Virus record (IMG/VR): IMGVR_UViG_2918987250_000001
Coordinates: 53,523-117,522 of that record
DNA from: a virus
Lineage: Duplodnaviria > Caudoviricetes
Strand: one strand, 5' to 3'
DNA: 64,000 nucleotides
The notes beneath the pieces are model-generated. The model was not told the DNA's origin. It searched no databases and saw only the letters and a list, made by a program, of their open reading frames with translations. The position numbers were made by a program, and so were the translations under genes. Of the stretch, positions 9,401-19,000 are shown one piece after another (position 1 is the first letter of the stretch; every line of letters begins with the position of its first letter).

Positions 9401-12400
9401 CCTCGATGCCGGCGAGCTGGGCGGCCGTGAGCTGGCCCGCGAGCTGCGCGGCGTTGATGCTCTCGATCTGCGCAGCCGTCAGCTTGCCGATCAGCTTCGT
9501 GGCTTCGATCGCCTCGAGCTGGGCGGCCGTCAGCCTGCCGATCAGCTTCGTTGCCTCGATGGCCTCGAGCTGGCTCGCCTTGAGCTGACCGATGAGCTGG
9601 TTGACGCCCAGGCTCTCGATCTGGTCGGCGACGACCTTGCCGATGAGCTTGTTGGTCGAGATCGCCTCGAGCTGCTCGTCGGAGAGCTGGCCGGCGACCT
9701 TCGCGGCGTCGATCGCCGCGATCATCTCGTCGGTGATGAGGCCCTTGATGTCATCGACCGACACCTCGGCGATGACGAGCTCCCACTTGCCGTTCGTCAG
9801 CCGGTAGAGCTTGCCGTCTTCCTCGTTGGCGATGATCGTCGGGCCGTCGTAGCCGGCGACCGGCGGCAGACCCTTGGACGTGCCGATGAGCGTCAGCCCG
9901 CGAGCAAAGCTCGTCTGGTCGAGAATGCCGGCCGCGATCTCCTGCTTGGTGATCTGCGGGGCGACGGCGCGGGCCGGGCCGACGAAGACCTTGCTCTCGG
10001 CATCCGACGTGTTGACCGTGCGGGCGAAGTAGAAGCGCTCGCCCGAGACCTGGAGCGTCGTGTCCCAGAAGGACTGCTGCCCCTTGCCGGCGCGGCCGAT
10101 CAGCCGGCGCTCGCCGGCCACGGTGTCGGCCGCCCACAGTTCGACGTAGGCGAGATCGACCTGCTTCGGGTCCACCCACGACAGGGAGACGGCGCCGAAG
10201 GTAGCCTCGGCCTCGAACTTCGTGACCGGGTCGGGCGGGACCTCGTTCTTGGCGAGGACGATCTCCTCGATCTCGGACCAGCCGCTCGGGTAGCCCGAGG
10301 TGTTGAGCGCGCGCACGCGCACCTGGAGGATCTCGCCGGCCGGCAGGCGCGAGCGCTCCCACTTGGCGTCCAGCACCGGGTCGCGCGCCCAGGAGAGGTC
10401 CTGCTTGCGCTTGAACTCGATCTCGTAGCTCGCGAAGTTCGGGCTCGGGTTCGCATCCCACTCGGCGATCACGCGGGCGCTCGTGAAGTCAGCGCTGACT
10501 TCACTAATCGTGCGCAGCTTGAGCCCGGTCGGGATCTCGGGCGCGACGTTGTCGATGACCTTGTTGGTGACGAGCACCCGCTGCTCGGGGCTGATATTCA
10601 GCCCTTCCTTGCCGAAGGCGTCGTAGGCGGCGAAGCGGACGTAGTAGTAGGTGTCCTTCAGCACCGGCAGGTTGATGAGCGTGTTCGGCCCGTCGTAGGT
10701 CGGCCGGGTCTTGAGCGGGTCGAAGCCCTGGTCGCGCTCCAGCCACACGAGGCCACCCATCCAGTCGAGATCGGCCGGGCGGTCGTAGGAGACGAACACG
10801 CTCTCGGTCGTCGGACGCACGTCCGGGATAATCATCTCCGGCGCCGGGTTCTCGCAGACGAGCGAGGCCGGCAGGCTCTCGCGCGAGATCGCGTCGCGGG
10901 CGCGGACCTGGACCCAGAACTTGCGGCGCGGGCCGCCGTCGGCGACGTTGCGGTCGAAGCCGTAGGTGAAGGTCGCGCTCGTCGAGAGGTGGTCCGACAG
11001 GAGCTCGCGGCTCTCCAGGTCGAAGACGCGGACCACGTAGTCGATCTCGTAGGGGATCGTGCCCTCGGGCCAGGCGACATCCCAGTCGAGGACGCAGTCG
11101 CGCGAGGAGAACCGACCGCCCTCGCCGCCGCGGACGCGCAGGTTGGTGATGGACGGGCCGGCCAGGCCCTCCCAGCCCTTGATCGTGAAGGCCTTCTCGG
11201 TGGCCTCGGAGCGCAGATTGCCCGCGCCGACGGCCGTGACGTAGACGGTGTAGTCGCCCGAGCGCAGGTCGATCAGCGTCATCGACGGCGCGGTCGTGGT
11301 GCCGAGATCCTGCTCGCCGTCCGGGCCGGCGAGGAAGACGCTGTAGGCGCTCGAGAGCCAGTCGTTGGCCGGCGACCAGGAGATCGTGGTCTCCGTGACC
11401 GGCACGCCGTTGCGGAACGTCTGGTGCTCGCGCACGTCGATGTTCGTGACCGGGCGGATGGTCGTCTTCGGGCGCGTGTAGCGGATCGGGTCGAGGACGA
11501 TGCCTTCCTCGACGCGGGCATACTTCTGGGGATCGTGGAACAGCGCCGCGATCTTGAAGGTGTTCTTCTTGGGCTCGGTGACGAGCAGCACGCGATACTG
11601 GCGCGGGGCGACATCGGTGCCGGTGATCGCCCACATGGCGCCGGGCACGATCGGGCCGGACAGGTCGCTCTCGAGGATGGCGACGAGGTTGTTCTCGGCC
11701 CAGCCGACGATGGCGCGGGTCTCGAGCTCGCCCGAGGCCAGCACGACGGACAGCCGGTAGCTGGAGCCGGCCAGCGGCACGAACGCCTTGTCGAGCGTGA
11801 TGCGGCGCCCGTCGCGGTCGGCCACACGGCCACCGATGCGGGTCTGAGCCTTGCGCGGATCGGCAACCGCGATGATGTCGCCGGGCTTGATCGGGTCCTT
11901 GGCGAGCGCGTCGAGACCCATCTCGAACTCGACCGTCTCGGTCGCCGTGTGCTCGGTGTCGAGCGTCCAGCGGCCGATGCGGTGCGCCATGCCGCGGCTC
12001 GTGCAGCCGTGCGCCTGGATGTCGGTCGAGCGCCAGCCGAAGCGGTCGAGCGCCTCGTCGTGCTGCACGACTTCGATCGCCGGGCGGTAGTAGTCCTCGG
12101 GATCGTTCCACGAGACCATCGCGACCGAGTTGCGGGTCTTCTTGGCCGTGCGGGAATACTTGAAGGCGCCGCCGAGCACGTTGGCCGGGGCGAGGATCTT
12201 CGTGTAGTCGGCCGGCATGTCGGCGACAGCGAAGACCTGCCCGACCGACCAGAAGGCCATGCCGCGGAAGCTCGTCGTGATCTGCTGGAGCACCTTGAAG
12301 GCGTCGTCACGCGAGTTGATGACGCCGTTGTAGGTGTAGCGGGGTTCCTTGCCGCCCTTGCCGTCGTCCACGAGCTCATCGCACCAGCGCGCGATGGCGT

Positions 12401-13427
12401 AGAGGCCGAACTTGTCCACCTTCGAGGCGTCGATGAACTCGCCCAGACCGTAGCGGTTGTTCGTGAGCAGGTCGTAGAAGATCCACGCCGGGTTGTTGGT
12501 CCAGGCGCGCTTGAAGCCGCCCTGCCAGAAGCCGTCGTAGGTGCGGGTCTCCGGGTTGTAGTTGTCCGGGACCTGGATGATGAGGCCCTTGACGTGGAAG
12601 AACCGGCTCGGGATCGACGTGCCGAAGTTCTGCGCGTCCACGACGAGCTTCACGAGCGCCGTGTTCGGGTAGGTGAACTTGCCCTCGACGATCTGGGTGT
12701 AGCTCTCCCAGACCAGCGAGTTCTGGTGCCACTCGACGTTGGCGTCGGGGTTGATCTTGCGGACGCGGATCGACCACGGGAAGCCGTAATCCGGCAGCTC
12801 GATCACCGACGCCTTCTGGTAGGGCGAGGTGGTCTTCTGCTGCTGAAACAGCTCGCGCTTGACCGCTTCCCACTGGCCGCCGTTGGGCCGGCGCTCGATC
12901 ACGTAGTCGAGGTCGGTCGGCAGGAGCGAGCCGTTGTTCTGGTCCTGGATCACCAGGCTCGGGATCGAGGCGATGATGCGGACAGCCGTGGTGTTGCGGT
13001 CGGCGATGACGCGCACGGGCGGCTGCTGGGCCGACTTCACCTCGACGTTGACGGCGAAGGTGGTCTCCGCGGTCGCCGTGCCGGTGAGCATCTCCTGATC
13101 GGGCAGGCCGGTGCGCTGCTCCCAGTCCACGCCCTTGAAGTTGTAGCTGTCGTCCGAGGCGTTCTGGAGCGGCGTCTGGTCGAAGTAGATCGACTTGGCC
13201 CCGTTCACGAGGCCGACGATCTCGCCCTCGCCCAGGACCTCGATGATCTTGGCCTTGGCGTTGGAGCGCAGGGTGTTGTTGGCATCGGACTTCTGCGAGC
13301 CCTTGCCGCCCTTGCCGCCGCCACCCATGAGGCCGCCGGAGCCGACGATCTCGTTGAAATCGGTCGGGACGTTCGAAAAGTCAGTGCTGACTGACTCGTG
13401 AGGACGTGCGTCTTCCATCTCGCTCAT
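6420..13427 (-). CDS. Tail tip / host-specificity protein J (2335 aa) with FN3 domains and decapeptide repeat stalk
   Basis: Lambda J motifs GEGEIVGLVNG, AWTNNPAWIFYDLLTNNRYGLG, EPRYTYNG, GCTSRGMAHRIGRW. True start could be 13328. Confidence 0.93.
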   Translation of the reverse strand: MSEMEDARPHESVSTDFSNVPTDFNEIVGSGGLMGGGGKGGKGSQKSDANNTLRSNAKAKIIEVLGEGEIVGLVNGAKSIYFDQTPLQNASDDSYNFKGVDWEQRTGLPDQEMLTGTATAETTFAVNVEVKSAQQPPVRVIADRNTTAVRIIASIPSLVIQDQNNGSLLPTDLDYVIERRPNGGQWEAVKRELFQQQKTTSPYQKASVIELPDYGFPWSIRVRKINPDANVEWHQNSLVWESYTQIVEGKFTYPNTALVKLVVDAQNFGTSIPSRFFHVKGLIIQVPDNYNPETRTYDGFWQGGFKRAWTNNPAWIFYDLLTNNRYGLGEFIDASKVDKFGLYAIARWCDELVDDGKGGKEPRYTYNGVINSRDDAFKVLQQITTSFRGMAFWSVGQVFAVADMPADYTKILAPANVLGGAFKYSRTAKKTRNSVAMVSWNDPEDYYRPAIEVVQHDEALDRFGWRSTDIQAHGCTSRGMAHRIGRWTLDTEHTATETVEFEMGLDALAKDPIKPGDIIAVADPRKAQTRIGGRVADRDGRRITLDKAFVPLAGSSYRLSVVLASGELETRAIVGWAENNLVAILESDLSGPIVPGAMWAITGTDVAPRQYRVLLVTEPKKNTFKIAALFHDPQKYARVEEGIVLDPIRYTRPKTTIRPVTNIDVREHQTFRNGVPVTETTISWSPANDWLSSAYSVFLAGPDGEQDLGTTTAPSMTLIDLRSGDYTVYVTAVGAGNLRSEATEKAFTIKGWEGLAGPSITNLRVRGGEGGRFSSRDCVLDWDVAWPEGTIPYEIDYVVRVFDLESRELLSDHLSTSATFTYGFDRNVADGGPRRKFWVQVRARDAISRESLPASLVCENPAPEMIIPDVRPTTESVFVSYDRPADLDWMGGLVWLERDQGFDPLKTRPTYDGPNTLINLPVLKDTYYYVRFAAYDAFGKEGLNISPEQRVLVTNKVIDNVAPEIPTGLKLRTISEVSADFTSARVIAEWDANPSPNFASYEIEFKRKQDLSWARDPVLDAKWERSRLPAGEILQVRVRALNTSGYPSGWSEIEEIVLAKNEVPPDPVTKFEAEATFGAVSLSWVDPKQVDLAYVELWAADTVAGERRLIGRAGKGQQSFWDTTLQVSGERFYFARTVNTSDAESKVFVGPARAVAPQITKQEIAAGILDQTSFARGLTLIGTSKGLPPVAGYDGPTIIANEEDGKLYRLTNGKWELVIAEVSVDDIKGLITDEMIAAIDAAKVAGQLSDEQLEAISTNKLIGKVVADQIESLGVNQLIGQLKASQLEAIEATKLIGRLTAAQLEAIEATKLIGKLTAAQIESINAAQLAGQLTAAQLAGIEASKLIGQVVDGQIASVGVGKLAGKITRVQITDGAIASPQIQAGSVHADRLIAYSITAQQIAARAITADQIAVGTLTGNLIAANTITGTNIAARSITAANLVAGTITAGEIMAGAITGDRIAGRTISASNLIAGTITAGEIAARTITGENLAFRSIQAGNIAAGAITAYEVAAYSLTATNIAANQIAAWHIVAGTITSAQIQAGSVHADRLIANSITADQIGANAIRAIHVSASAIEARHIVAYSITAGQIAARTIAAENIAFGTLTGNEIRANSIQADRIVANSITSAQIMAGAIQAAQIAAGAITADKIGVGLGNGNLLFGSDFTNNLGGWVANWWSDGVAPTVSRNGDWAPTGMGSAMVHRPGTPGFGSVADYVLRRRTQTDWVNNYPCVPGRRYELSAYVSVHRCQATVAIQFLNAAGQEVGIAWGNTLETNGANGVLSNWPRSAVFGVAPATAVTMVPICRTTWNGGVDPYTFWTGLYLGNAHANQSAFSPWSPNSSTVIDGGIVATNSLHAEKVIAGTITADKIAAHTITANQIAFYTLTGDYIAANSIYADRIQIGGGNSLTTWLGGPNNTQMNGGYIAANSIAANSLKVGARGLTILGIEFTARKSDSLLSWTSGHIAWVDDNGNQQHTAIAAGSVGWNGWLGVTWFKGRGYLDWSNDGNGGWNRDYAHPDAVPMAFYSGYLGLNVLKGSTIIDGTRIQTGTITANEISAGAIQADKIAAGAIKAEHIGAHQVTADKIGAGTITVSSAIYIGSPRFSLDVPTRMMRVFAPSGTEMVSIGNIGRFWGEGDDGRHGLIIRAPDGNHVMQVDQHGASIAAAYIRDLRVTRAMIDDASINNAKIENGAITSAKIGYLEVDMANIKNGAVSQALAGSWGAGGAQVLGVGVRSHEAKLQIRGIAQNNPNTNWGSRSAGYLHIYFNPDNDGSRRWIIATVAQNFWMDRFLNYYWGTTPIEVVHQPGPGYHSYTIESSTGYAEGMNLSIIELTK
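8460..9720 (-). repeat. Coding tandem repeats (I-T-A-x-x-I-A-A-x-x and ASKLIGQLTAAQLE units) within J
   Basis: Visible in the translation; degenerate 30-nt and 48-nt periodicity. Confidence 0.85.
10483..10504. promoter_or_regulatory. Intragenic operator copy (perfect 22-bp palindrome) in J
   Basis: GTGAAGTCAGCGCTGACTTCAC. Confidence 0.75.
13377..13394. promoter_or_regulatory. 18-bp palindromic operator
   Basis: AAAGTCAGTGCTGACTGA. Confidence 0.7.
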
Positions 13428-13431
13428 CGGC

Positions 13432-14073
13432 CTACTGCTGCGTCCAAGTCGTCACGTCACCCATCGGAATGTCTTCGGCGTCGATGCTGGTCGAGCCGGG
13501 GATCGAGCCCGTCATCACTTCCCCGTAGATCAGCGCGACCGGGTTGCCCTGCGCCTGCGCGTTGCCGGGGCCGTTGAGCGAGAAGGAATCCTCCTTCTTG
13601 ACCTCGTCCTTGGCCTCGTCCTTCTTCGCCATCATCTGCGCGGCGCCGGAGACGGCCATGCCGAGACCGAGCATCGCCACCGTGCCCCACATGCCGCCGC
13701 CGGCCAGGCCCGCGAGCGGGGCGGCGAGCGTGCCGCCCGAGGCGAAGATCGCGATGCCGACGAGGGCGACGCCGAGGATCATCTTGAGCATGCCGCCGCC
13801 CTTGCCGCCGCTCTTCTTCGAGCCGGCCACGACCGGCACGAGGTGCAGGTCGGCATTGCCGAGGCGGAACTCGTTGATGTCGCCCTCACCCAGCCGCAGG
13901 CCGGACTTGCGCTTGCCGCGGATGACCTCGTAGGCGCCCTTCTTCAGCTCCTCGAGGAAGCCGGGCACCTGGAGCGCGATCCCGCGGATGCACTCACCTA
14001 CGGTCGCGGCGTCGAGCTTGAACTCGGGGCCGAACATGCGCTTGAGGCGGCCGTAGAGGATGACCCTACGCAT
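13432..14073 (-). CDS. Tail assembly protein I
   Basis: MRRVILYGRLKRMFG...VPVVAG...QGNPVALIYGEVMTGS. Confidence 0.9.
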   Translation of the reverse strand: MRRVILYGRLKRMFGPEFKLDAATVGECIRGIALQVPGFLEELKKGAYEVIRGKRKSGLRLGEGDINEFRLGNADLHLVPVVAGSKKSGGKGGGMLKMILGVALVGIAIFASGGTLAAPLAGLAGGGMWGTVAMLGLGMAVSGAAQMMAKKDEAKDEVKKEDSFSLNGPGNAQAQGNPVALIYGEVMTGSIPGSTSIDAEDIPMGDVTTWTQQ

Positions 14074-14881
14074 GGGAGCGTTCCTGTTCTTCGAGGTAGC
14101 GGTCGAGGCTCTCGTGGCGCAGCCACTTCTCGACGGCGCGCAGCCAGACGCCGATCGGCTCGCGGCGCGAGACACGGGTCGGCAGGTGATGCAGGATGAG
14201 GTTCGAGCCGACGTAGATGCCGCCGTGGTTGAGCGTTGCGAACTTGTGCCCGAGCTTCATCAGGAAGCAGTCGCCGGGCAGGACCTCGCTCTGCTTGATC
14301 TCGCGGAAGCCGACGTTGCGGAAATCGTCGTAGAGGGAGCGGTGCGTCGCCTCGACGCTCGCATCCCACCAGCCGTCCGCGCGGGCCTGCGGGCGCAGCT
14401 CCACGGGCTCGAGCATCCACTCGCTCGTGACGCCCTGGCGCGCGAGCTCGTCCTTGCCGGCGGCGAAGGTGTGGCGCACGAGCTCGTAGCAGTCGGTGAC
14501 GCCGTGCCGGAACGGGCGCTCAAGGATCGGCCCCTGATCGACGGTGTCGCCCCAGATGATCGGGTCGGCGCATTCCTCGCCGTTGGTCGGGATGATGACC
14601 CACGGCAGATCCATGGAGATCTGGCCGATCATGTCGCTCTCGGACGGGAACAGCGGCCCGTCCGGGTGCGAGTGGATGACGGCCTGGATCTCGCGGCCCT
14701 CTTCGCGCAGCTTCTTCTGGATGAAGGCGGCGATGACGAAGTCGCGCTCGGGGTCGGTCGCATAGTTGATGCAGGGCAGGTAGGCGCCATCCACGAGCAG
14801 ACCGCAGGCCTCCTTGGGGTAGTCGCGTAGAGCATGCGCCTGGGCGGCTTCGCGCGCCGCCAACGGGAGAACGAAGCTCAC
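14066..14881 (-). CDS. Tail assembly protein K (JAB/MPN + NlpC/P60)
   Basis: YPKEACG, IHSHP...PSESD, RPFRHGVTDCYELVR, NHGGIY...ILHH; GTG start overlaps the L stop. Confidence 0.92.
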   Translation of the reverse strand: MSFVLPLAAREAAQAHALRDYPKEACGLLVDGAYLPCINYATDPERDFVIAAFIQKKLREEGREIQAVIHSHPDGPLFPSESDMIGQISMDLPWVIIPTNGEECADPIIWGDTVDQGPILERPFRHGVTDCYELVRHTFAAGKDELARQGVTSEWMLEPVELRPQARADGWWDASVEATHRSLYDDFRNVGFREIKQSEVLPGDCFLMKLGHKFATLNHGGIYVGSNLILHHLPTRVSRREPIGVWLRAVEKWLRHESLDRYLEEQERSHA

Positions 14882-15591
14882 GACTGCCGCACCCGCGCCA
14901 TGCCGGGGAAAGACCAGGTCGGCAGGCTGTTGCCCTTGCCGAAGCGCTTCTCGCAGTCCGACAGGCGCCGGCCGCAGGCGTCCTTGGACGGGTCGTTGGT
15001 CGGCTCGCCCATGCGGGTGAAGCAGGCGCCGCCCGTGTAGGGGCAGCTCGCCTTGGAATAGTCGAACGCGCCGCCCTTGAAGGCGCGGTAGCGGGCAAGG
15101 CAGGTGTCGCGGAGCATCTGCCGGCCCGGCAGCTTGCGGCCCTGCTGGTCGAAGGCGGCCGAGAGCTCGAACTCGATGTAGACCGGGTTCTCGTCCGAGA
15201 GCTGCTCGATCTCGAAGGTGTCCGGGCCGTAGAAGGCCTGCGGGTCGGCCTCCTCGGCGCCGTCGAGATACTGGGCGTAGGTGCGCACGCGCTGGACCGG
15301 GCAGCCGATCAGCCCGTCGCCGAACGTGTTGACGAGGCCCTGGATGACCTCGTTGGTGTTGGAGAAGCGGATCTTGGGCTGGGGCAGCGCGCCCTGGGCG
15401 CTGGTCTCGTAGTTGTCGAAGTCGAAATCGACGGCCGTGTATTCCACGCCGCCGAACTTGACGTTGCCGTCGGCGTGCGCCGCCTGGGCGAAGTAGTAGA
15501 CCCGGCCACCGATCGCAGTCGCGTCCATGCGGAACAGGAACACCTGGTTCCCGAACGAGCCGCTCTGAACATTTGCGTGGATCGACGACAT
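14878..15591 (-). CDS. Minor tail protein L
   Basis: RVRTYAQYLD, FELSAAFD, C-terminal Cys cluster DACGRRLSDCEKRFG. Confidence 0.92.
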   Translation of the reverse strand: MSSIHANVQSGSFGNQVFLFRMDATAIGGRVYYFAQAAHADGNVKFGGVEYTAVDFDFDNYETSAQGALPQPKIRFSNTNEVIQGLVNTFGDGLIGCPVQRVRTYAQYLDGAEEADPQAFYGPDTFEIEQLSDENPVYIEFELSAAFDQQGRKLPGRQMLRDTCLARYRAFKGGAFDYSKASCPYTGGACFTRMGEPTNDPSKDACGRRLSDCEKRFGKGNSLPTWSFPGMARVRQS

Positions 15592-15615
15592 GGATGCCCT
15601 CAAAGGAAGGCATCC

Positions 15616-15644
15616 ATAATAAGTCAGCGCTGACTTACCTACAA
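15616..15644 (-). promoter_or_regulatory. Sigma70-like promoter with operator in spacer (upstream of L)
   Basis: TTGTAG-17(gtaagtcagcgctgact)-TATTAT. Confidence 0.75.
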
Positions 15645-15645
15645 G

Positions 15646-15987
15646 CTAGACCAAAAGGAACGACTGGCGCAGCGTGCATTCGAAGGTGTTCGGGGTCTTC
15701 TCGCTCCGCTGCCAGTCCTTGCAGGTCGCCTTGATCCGCTGGCCGTTGGCGCGGGTGAAGTAGAACGGCTGCGTTCCGCCGTGCTCTTCCATGAACCGCT
15801 CCAGCGCGTCGGCCTGCTCGACGGTGAGGACCTCCCACGACAGGGAGACCACCTTGCGAATGTGGTTCATCCCGTCATGGCCGGCCTGGGTGTAGCCCTC
15901 GCCGAACTCCGACTCGAGGAGCTTCAGCTCGGGCTTGTTGGTGGCCTCGGACGGCCGGGGCTGGGGATCGAAGGTCTTGAGTGCCAT
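15646..15987 (-). CDS. Minor tail protein M
   Basis: FGEGYTQ...DGMN...FMEEHGGTQPF. Confidence 0.88.
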   Translation of the reverse strand: MALKTFDPQPRPSEATNKPELKLLESEFGEGYTQAGHDGMNHIRKVVSLSWEVLTVEQADALERFMEEHGGTQPFYFTRANGQRIKATCKDWQRSEKTPNTFECTLRQSFLLV

Positions 15988-16008
15988 GTCGTGTCAGTCC
16001 TAACTTGC

Positions 16009-19000
16009 TTACTGGTTGAGCATGTTGCCGGGGCGCATCTGCGAGCGAAGCTCGTTCGCGACGATGCCCCGGATCATCCCTTCAGCGGCCTTGGCCGTCT
16101 GCTGGGCGAGATCCGCGTTCTGTTCGGGCGTTCCCCCGCTCGCGTTGACGGTGATCGCAGGGGCGATCGTGACGATGTTGGGCGCGGACGCTCCACCCAT
16201 CGCCGCCATCTGCGCCTTGGTGAACACCCCCTCCCCGCGCTGGGCGATGATCGGCACCTCGTCGTGACCGATGACGCCGCCCGTGTGGAAGCGGGGCGCG
16301 CCGGAGAAGACCGACGGCGAGACGTTGCGGGTCATCGAGAAGCCGTCGCCCACCACGCCACCGGTGTGCATCGCGCCGAACAGCATGCTCAAACCGCCAG
16401 CGCCCTTGCTGGCGCCTCCGGTAGCCGCCGCCGTGCCAGCCTTGAGAAGCCCACCCATGCCGCCGCCGGCGCCGCCCTTCGCGCCGCCGAACATCTGGCT
16501 CATCATATACTTAAGGCCCATCTTGGTGATGTCCTTCGCGATGCTCTGGAAGAGCGAAGCGAAGTCGGCCTTACCCGTGGTGATGAAGTCGGCGAGGCCG
16601 TCGGCGGCGCTGTCCATCCAGCCCGTCATGGCCTTTTCCATGTTGTTGCCGAGGTCGGCCCACTCCTTCATCTGCCGCTGGACCGGCGAGGCGTTGGCGA
16701 GCTTGGCGCGCTCGGCCGCGATGCGCCGGGAGGCGTTCACCTCAGCCTGCGCGCGCGCCTCGGTCCCCTCCTCCGTCATGGAGACGAGACCGTTCTGGCG
16801 CCGGACCTCGGCCTCGTAGGCAGCCTGGCGCGCCTGGTCGGCCGTCATGTTCTCGCGCTCGACCGCCTCGGTCTTCTTGCGCTCGGCCTGGAGCATCTCC
16901 GAGACCTCGACATCGCGCAGCTTGCGCATGCTGTCGGCCTGGCTCTGCGCGAGCGCGGAGACCTTGTCCTCGGTGAAGTCCTTGTGGCCGTCGGCCTGGA
17001 GACGCTTGGCCGCCTCGAGCACGCGCTCGTTCTCGGCCATCTTCCGGTAGTAGCTGTCCGACAGGGAGACATCGGTGCCGTTGGCCGCGTTGCGCTTCAG
17101 CGCAGCCGCCCGCTCGGCGAGCTCGATGCTCTCACGCTCGCGCGCCTCTTCGTTGGACGCGATCCGGGACCGGTCCTTCTGGTTCTTGGCGCGCTTGGCC
17201 TCGGCCTCGTCGAGGAGCTCGGCCGCCTGCAATGCCTTCTTGTAGCGCTCGCTCTCCGGGCTCTTGTCCGCGCCGTAGTCGCCGCGCTCGATCTGCTTGC
17301 GCAGCGCCGAGACACGCTTGCCGTAGCCGTCGGCGACGGACTCGGCCTCCTTCATGTTCTCGGTGAGCGTCTTCACCGCGTCCACGAGGCCGTTGTCGAA
17401 CTCCGCCTGGTTGCGGCTCTGGATGAGCTTGCGCGCCTCGTCGAGCTTGCGCGCCTCGATCGGCGCGATGTTCTCCGGGATCGCCTGGACCGGGTCGTTG
17501 GCGTTGCGCGGCCGGTAGCTGCTGTCGCGCTGGACCGTGTTGCGGTCGCCCTGCGTGTCCCACTGGCCGTTCCAGATGTTGCGCGACTTCTGGGCGCCCT
17601 TGCCCGACTGGAGCGCCTCCCAGGTGCCCTGGAGCGCCTGGACGATCTTTTCGGAGAAGCCGTTGGCGACGAGCTCAGCCTCGAGGTCGCCACCGCCCGT
17701 GTTGCGGCGGTAGTCCTGCTTGGCGAGCTTCCACGCGGCCATGTCCTGGTTCTCGGGCGTGAAGGGCTGGCCTTCCATCCCGAGGGACTTCCAGGTGTCG
17801 TAGACGATCTGGTAGCGGCCGGCGGCCGAGGAGCGCTTACCGTCCTTGGTGCGCTCGTAGATGCGCGGGTGCTGGTCGTAGCTGTCGAAGGTGGCGCCGC
17901 CCGACGGCGTGTAGCGGACGTTGTAGCGCCCACCCGACTCCGGCCCGGAGATCGCGTTCAAGAAGACGCGCGCGGCTGCCGACAGGTTCTTGGAGACGGC
18001 ATCCATCGTGCCGGCGCCACCGACGCCGGTCGAGCCCGCGCCGGTGACGGCGCCTGCGATGTTCGGGAAGCTGACGCTGCCCGCGCCCGCGCCGATCCCC
18101 TTGAAGGCATTGGCGACGCCCTCGGCCTTCTCCTTGAGGGTGTCGAGCGTCTGGGCGGCCGTGGTGCCGAAGGAGGTGCGGATCGAGTTGCCGGCCGCGA
18201 CCGCAGCCTCGCCGACGGCGTTGACCGTCGTGCGCATGGCGATCATGGCGCGCTCCATCGGGGTCGCACCGTTGCCGACGCCCGCGTAGCCGCCCGAGTT
18301 GAGCTTGATGATGAGCTTGTCGTAGGCCGTGGCGTTGCGGTTCTGGGCCTCGAAGAGGTCCTGCTCGGCCTTCAGGCGAAGCGAGGACACGTCCTTGTCG
18401 AACGCCTGCTTGCCGGCCAGCAGCTCGTCCAGCTTCGACTTCTCGGCCTGGGCCTGGATGAGCTGCGCGATGAGCTCCTGGACCTTGCCGTTATCGACCG
18501 GGCCGAACTTGCCGTCCGCGAGCTTCGTCTGGAGCTCGTAGACCTCGGCCGACATGCCAGCCAGCGCCGCGCGCGAGCCGGCGATCCCCGCCTTGAGGTT
18601 GTCGAGCGCCTTGCCGCCCTTCTCGAGGAGCTTCTGCTCATCGACGAGCTTGGACGTGATCGGCACGCCGCGGGCGCGCGCCTCTTCGGCCTCGCGCTGA
18701 GCGCGCAGGGTCTCGAGCTGGCGCTTGGCGCCGTCCACCACGGCCTGCTGCTGCTGGAGCTCGATGCCGGTCTTGCCGACAGCCGCCTTCTGGGCCTCTT
18801 CCAGGCCGCGCTGGTAGATCGTGATCTGGTCGTCGAGGACGGCGAGCGCGCGCGCCTTGGTCTGGTTCTTGTAGTCCTCCTCGAGCTTCGACGTAGAGCG
18901 CTTGGCCGCGGTCTCGCGGGCGAGCGCGTCACGCTGCGTCTCCTCGGCCTTGGTCGCCTCGAGGTCGCGCATACGGCGCACCTGGGTCGCCTGGTTGGCG

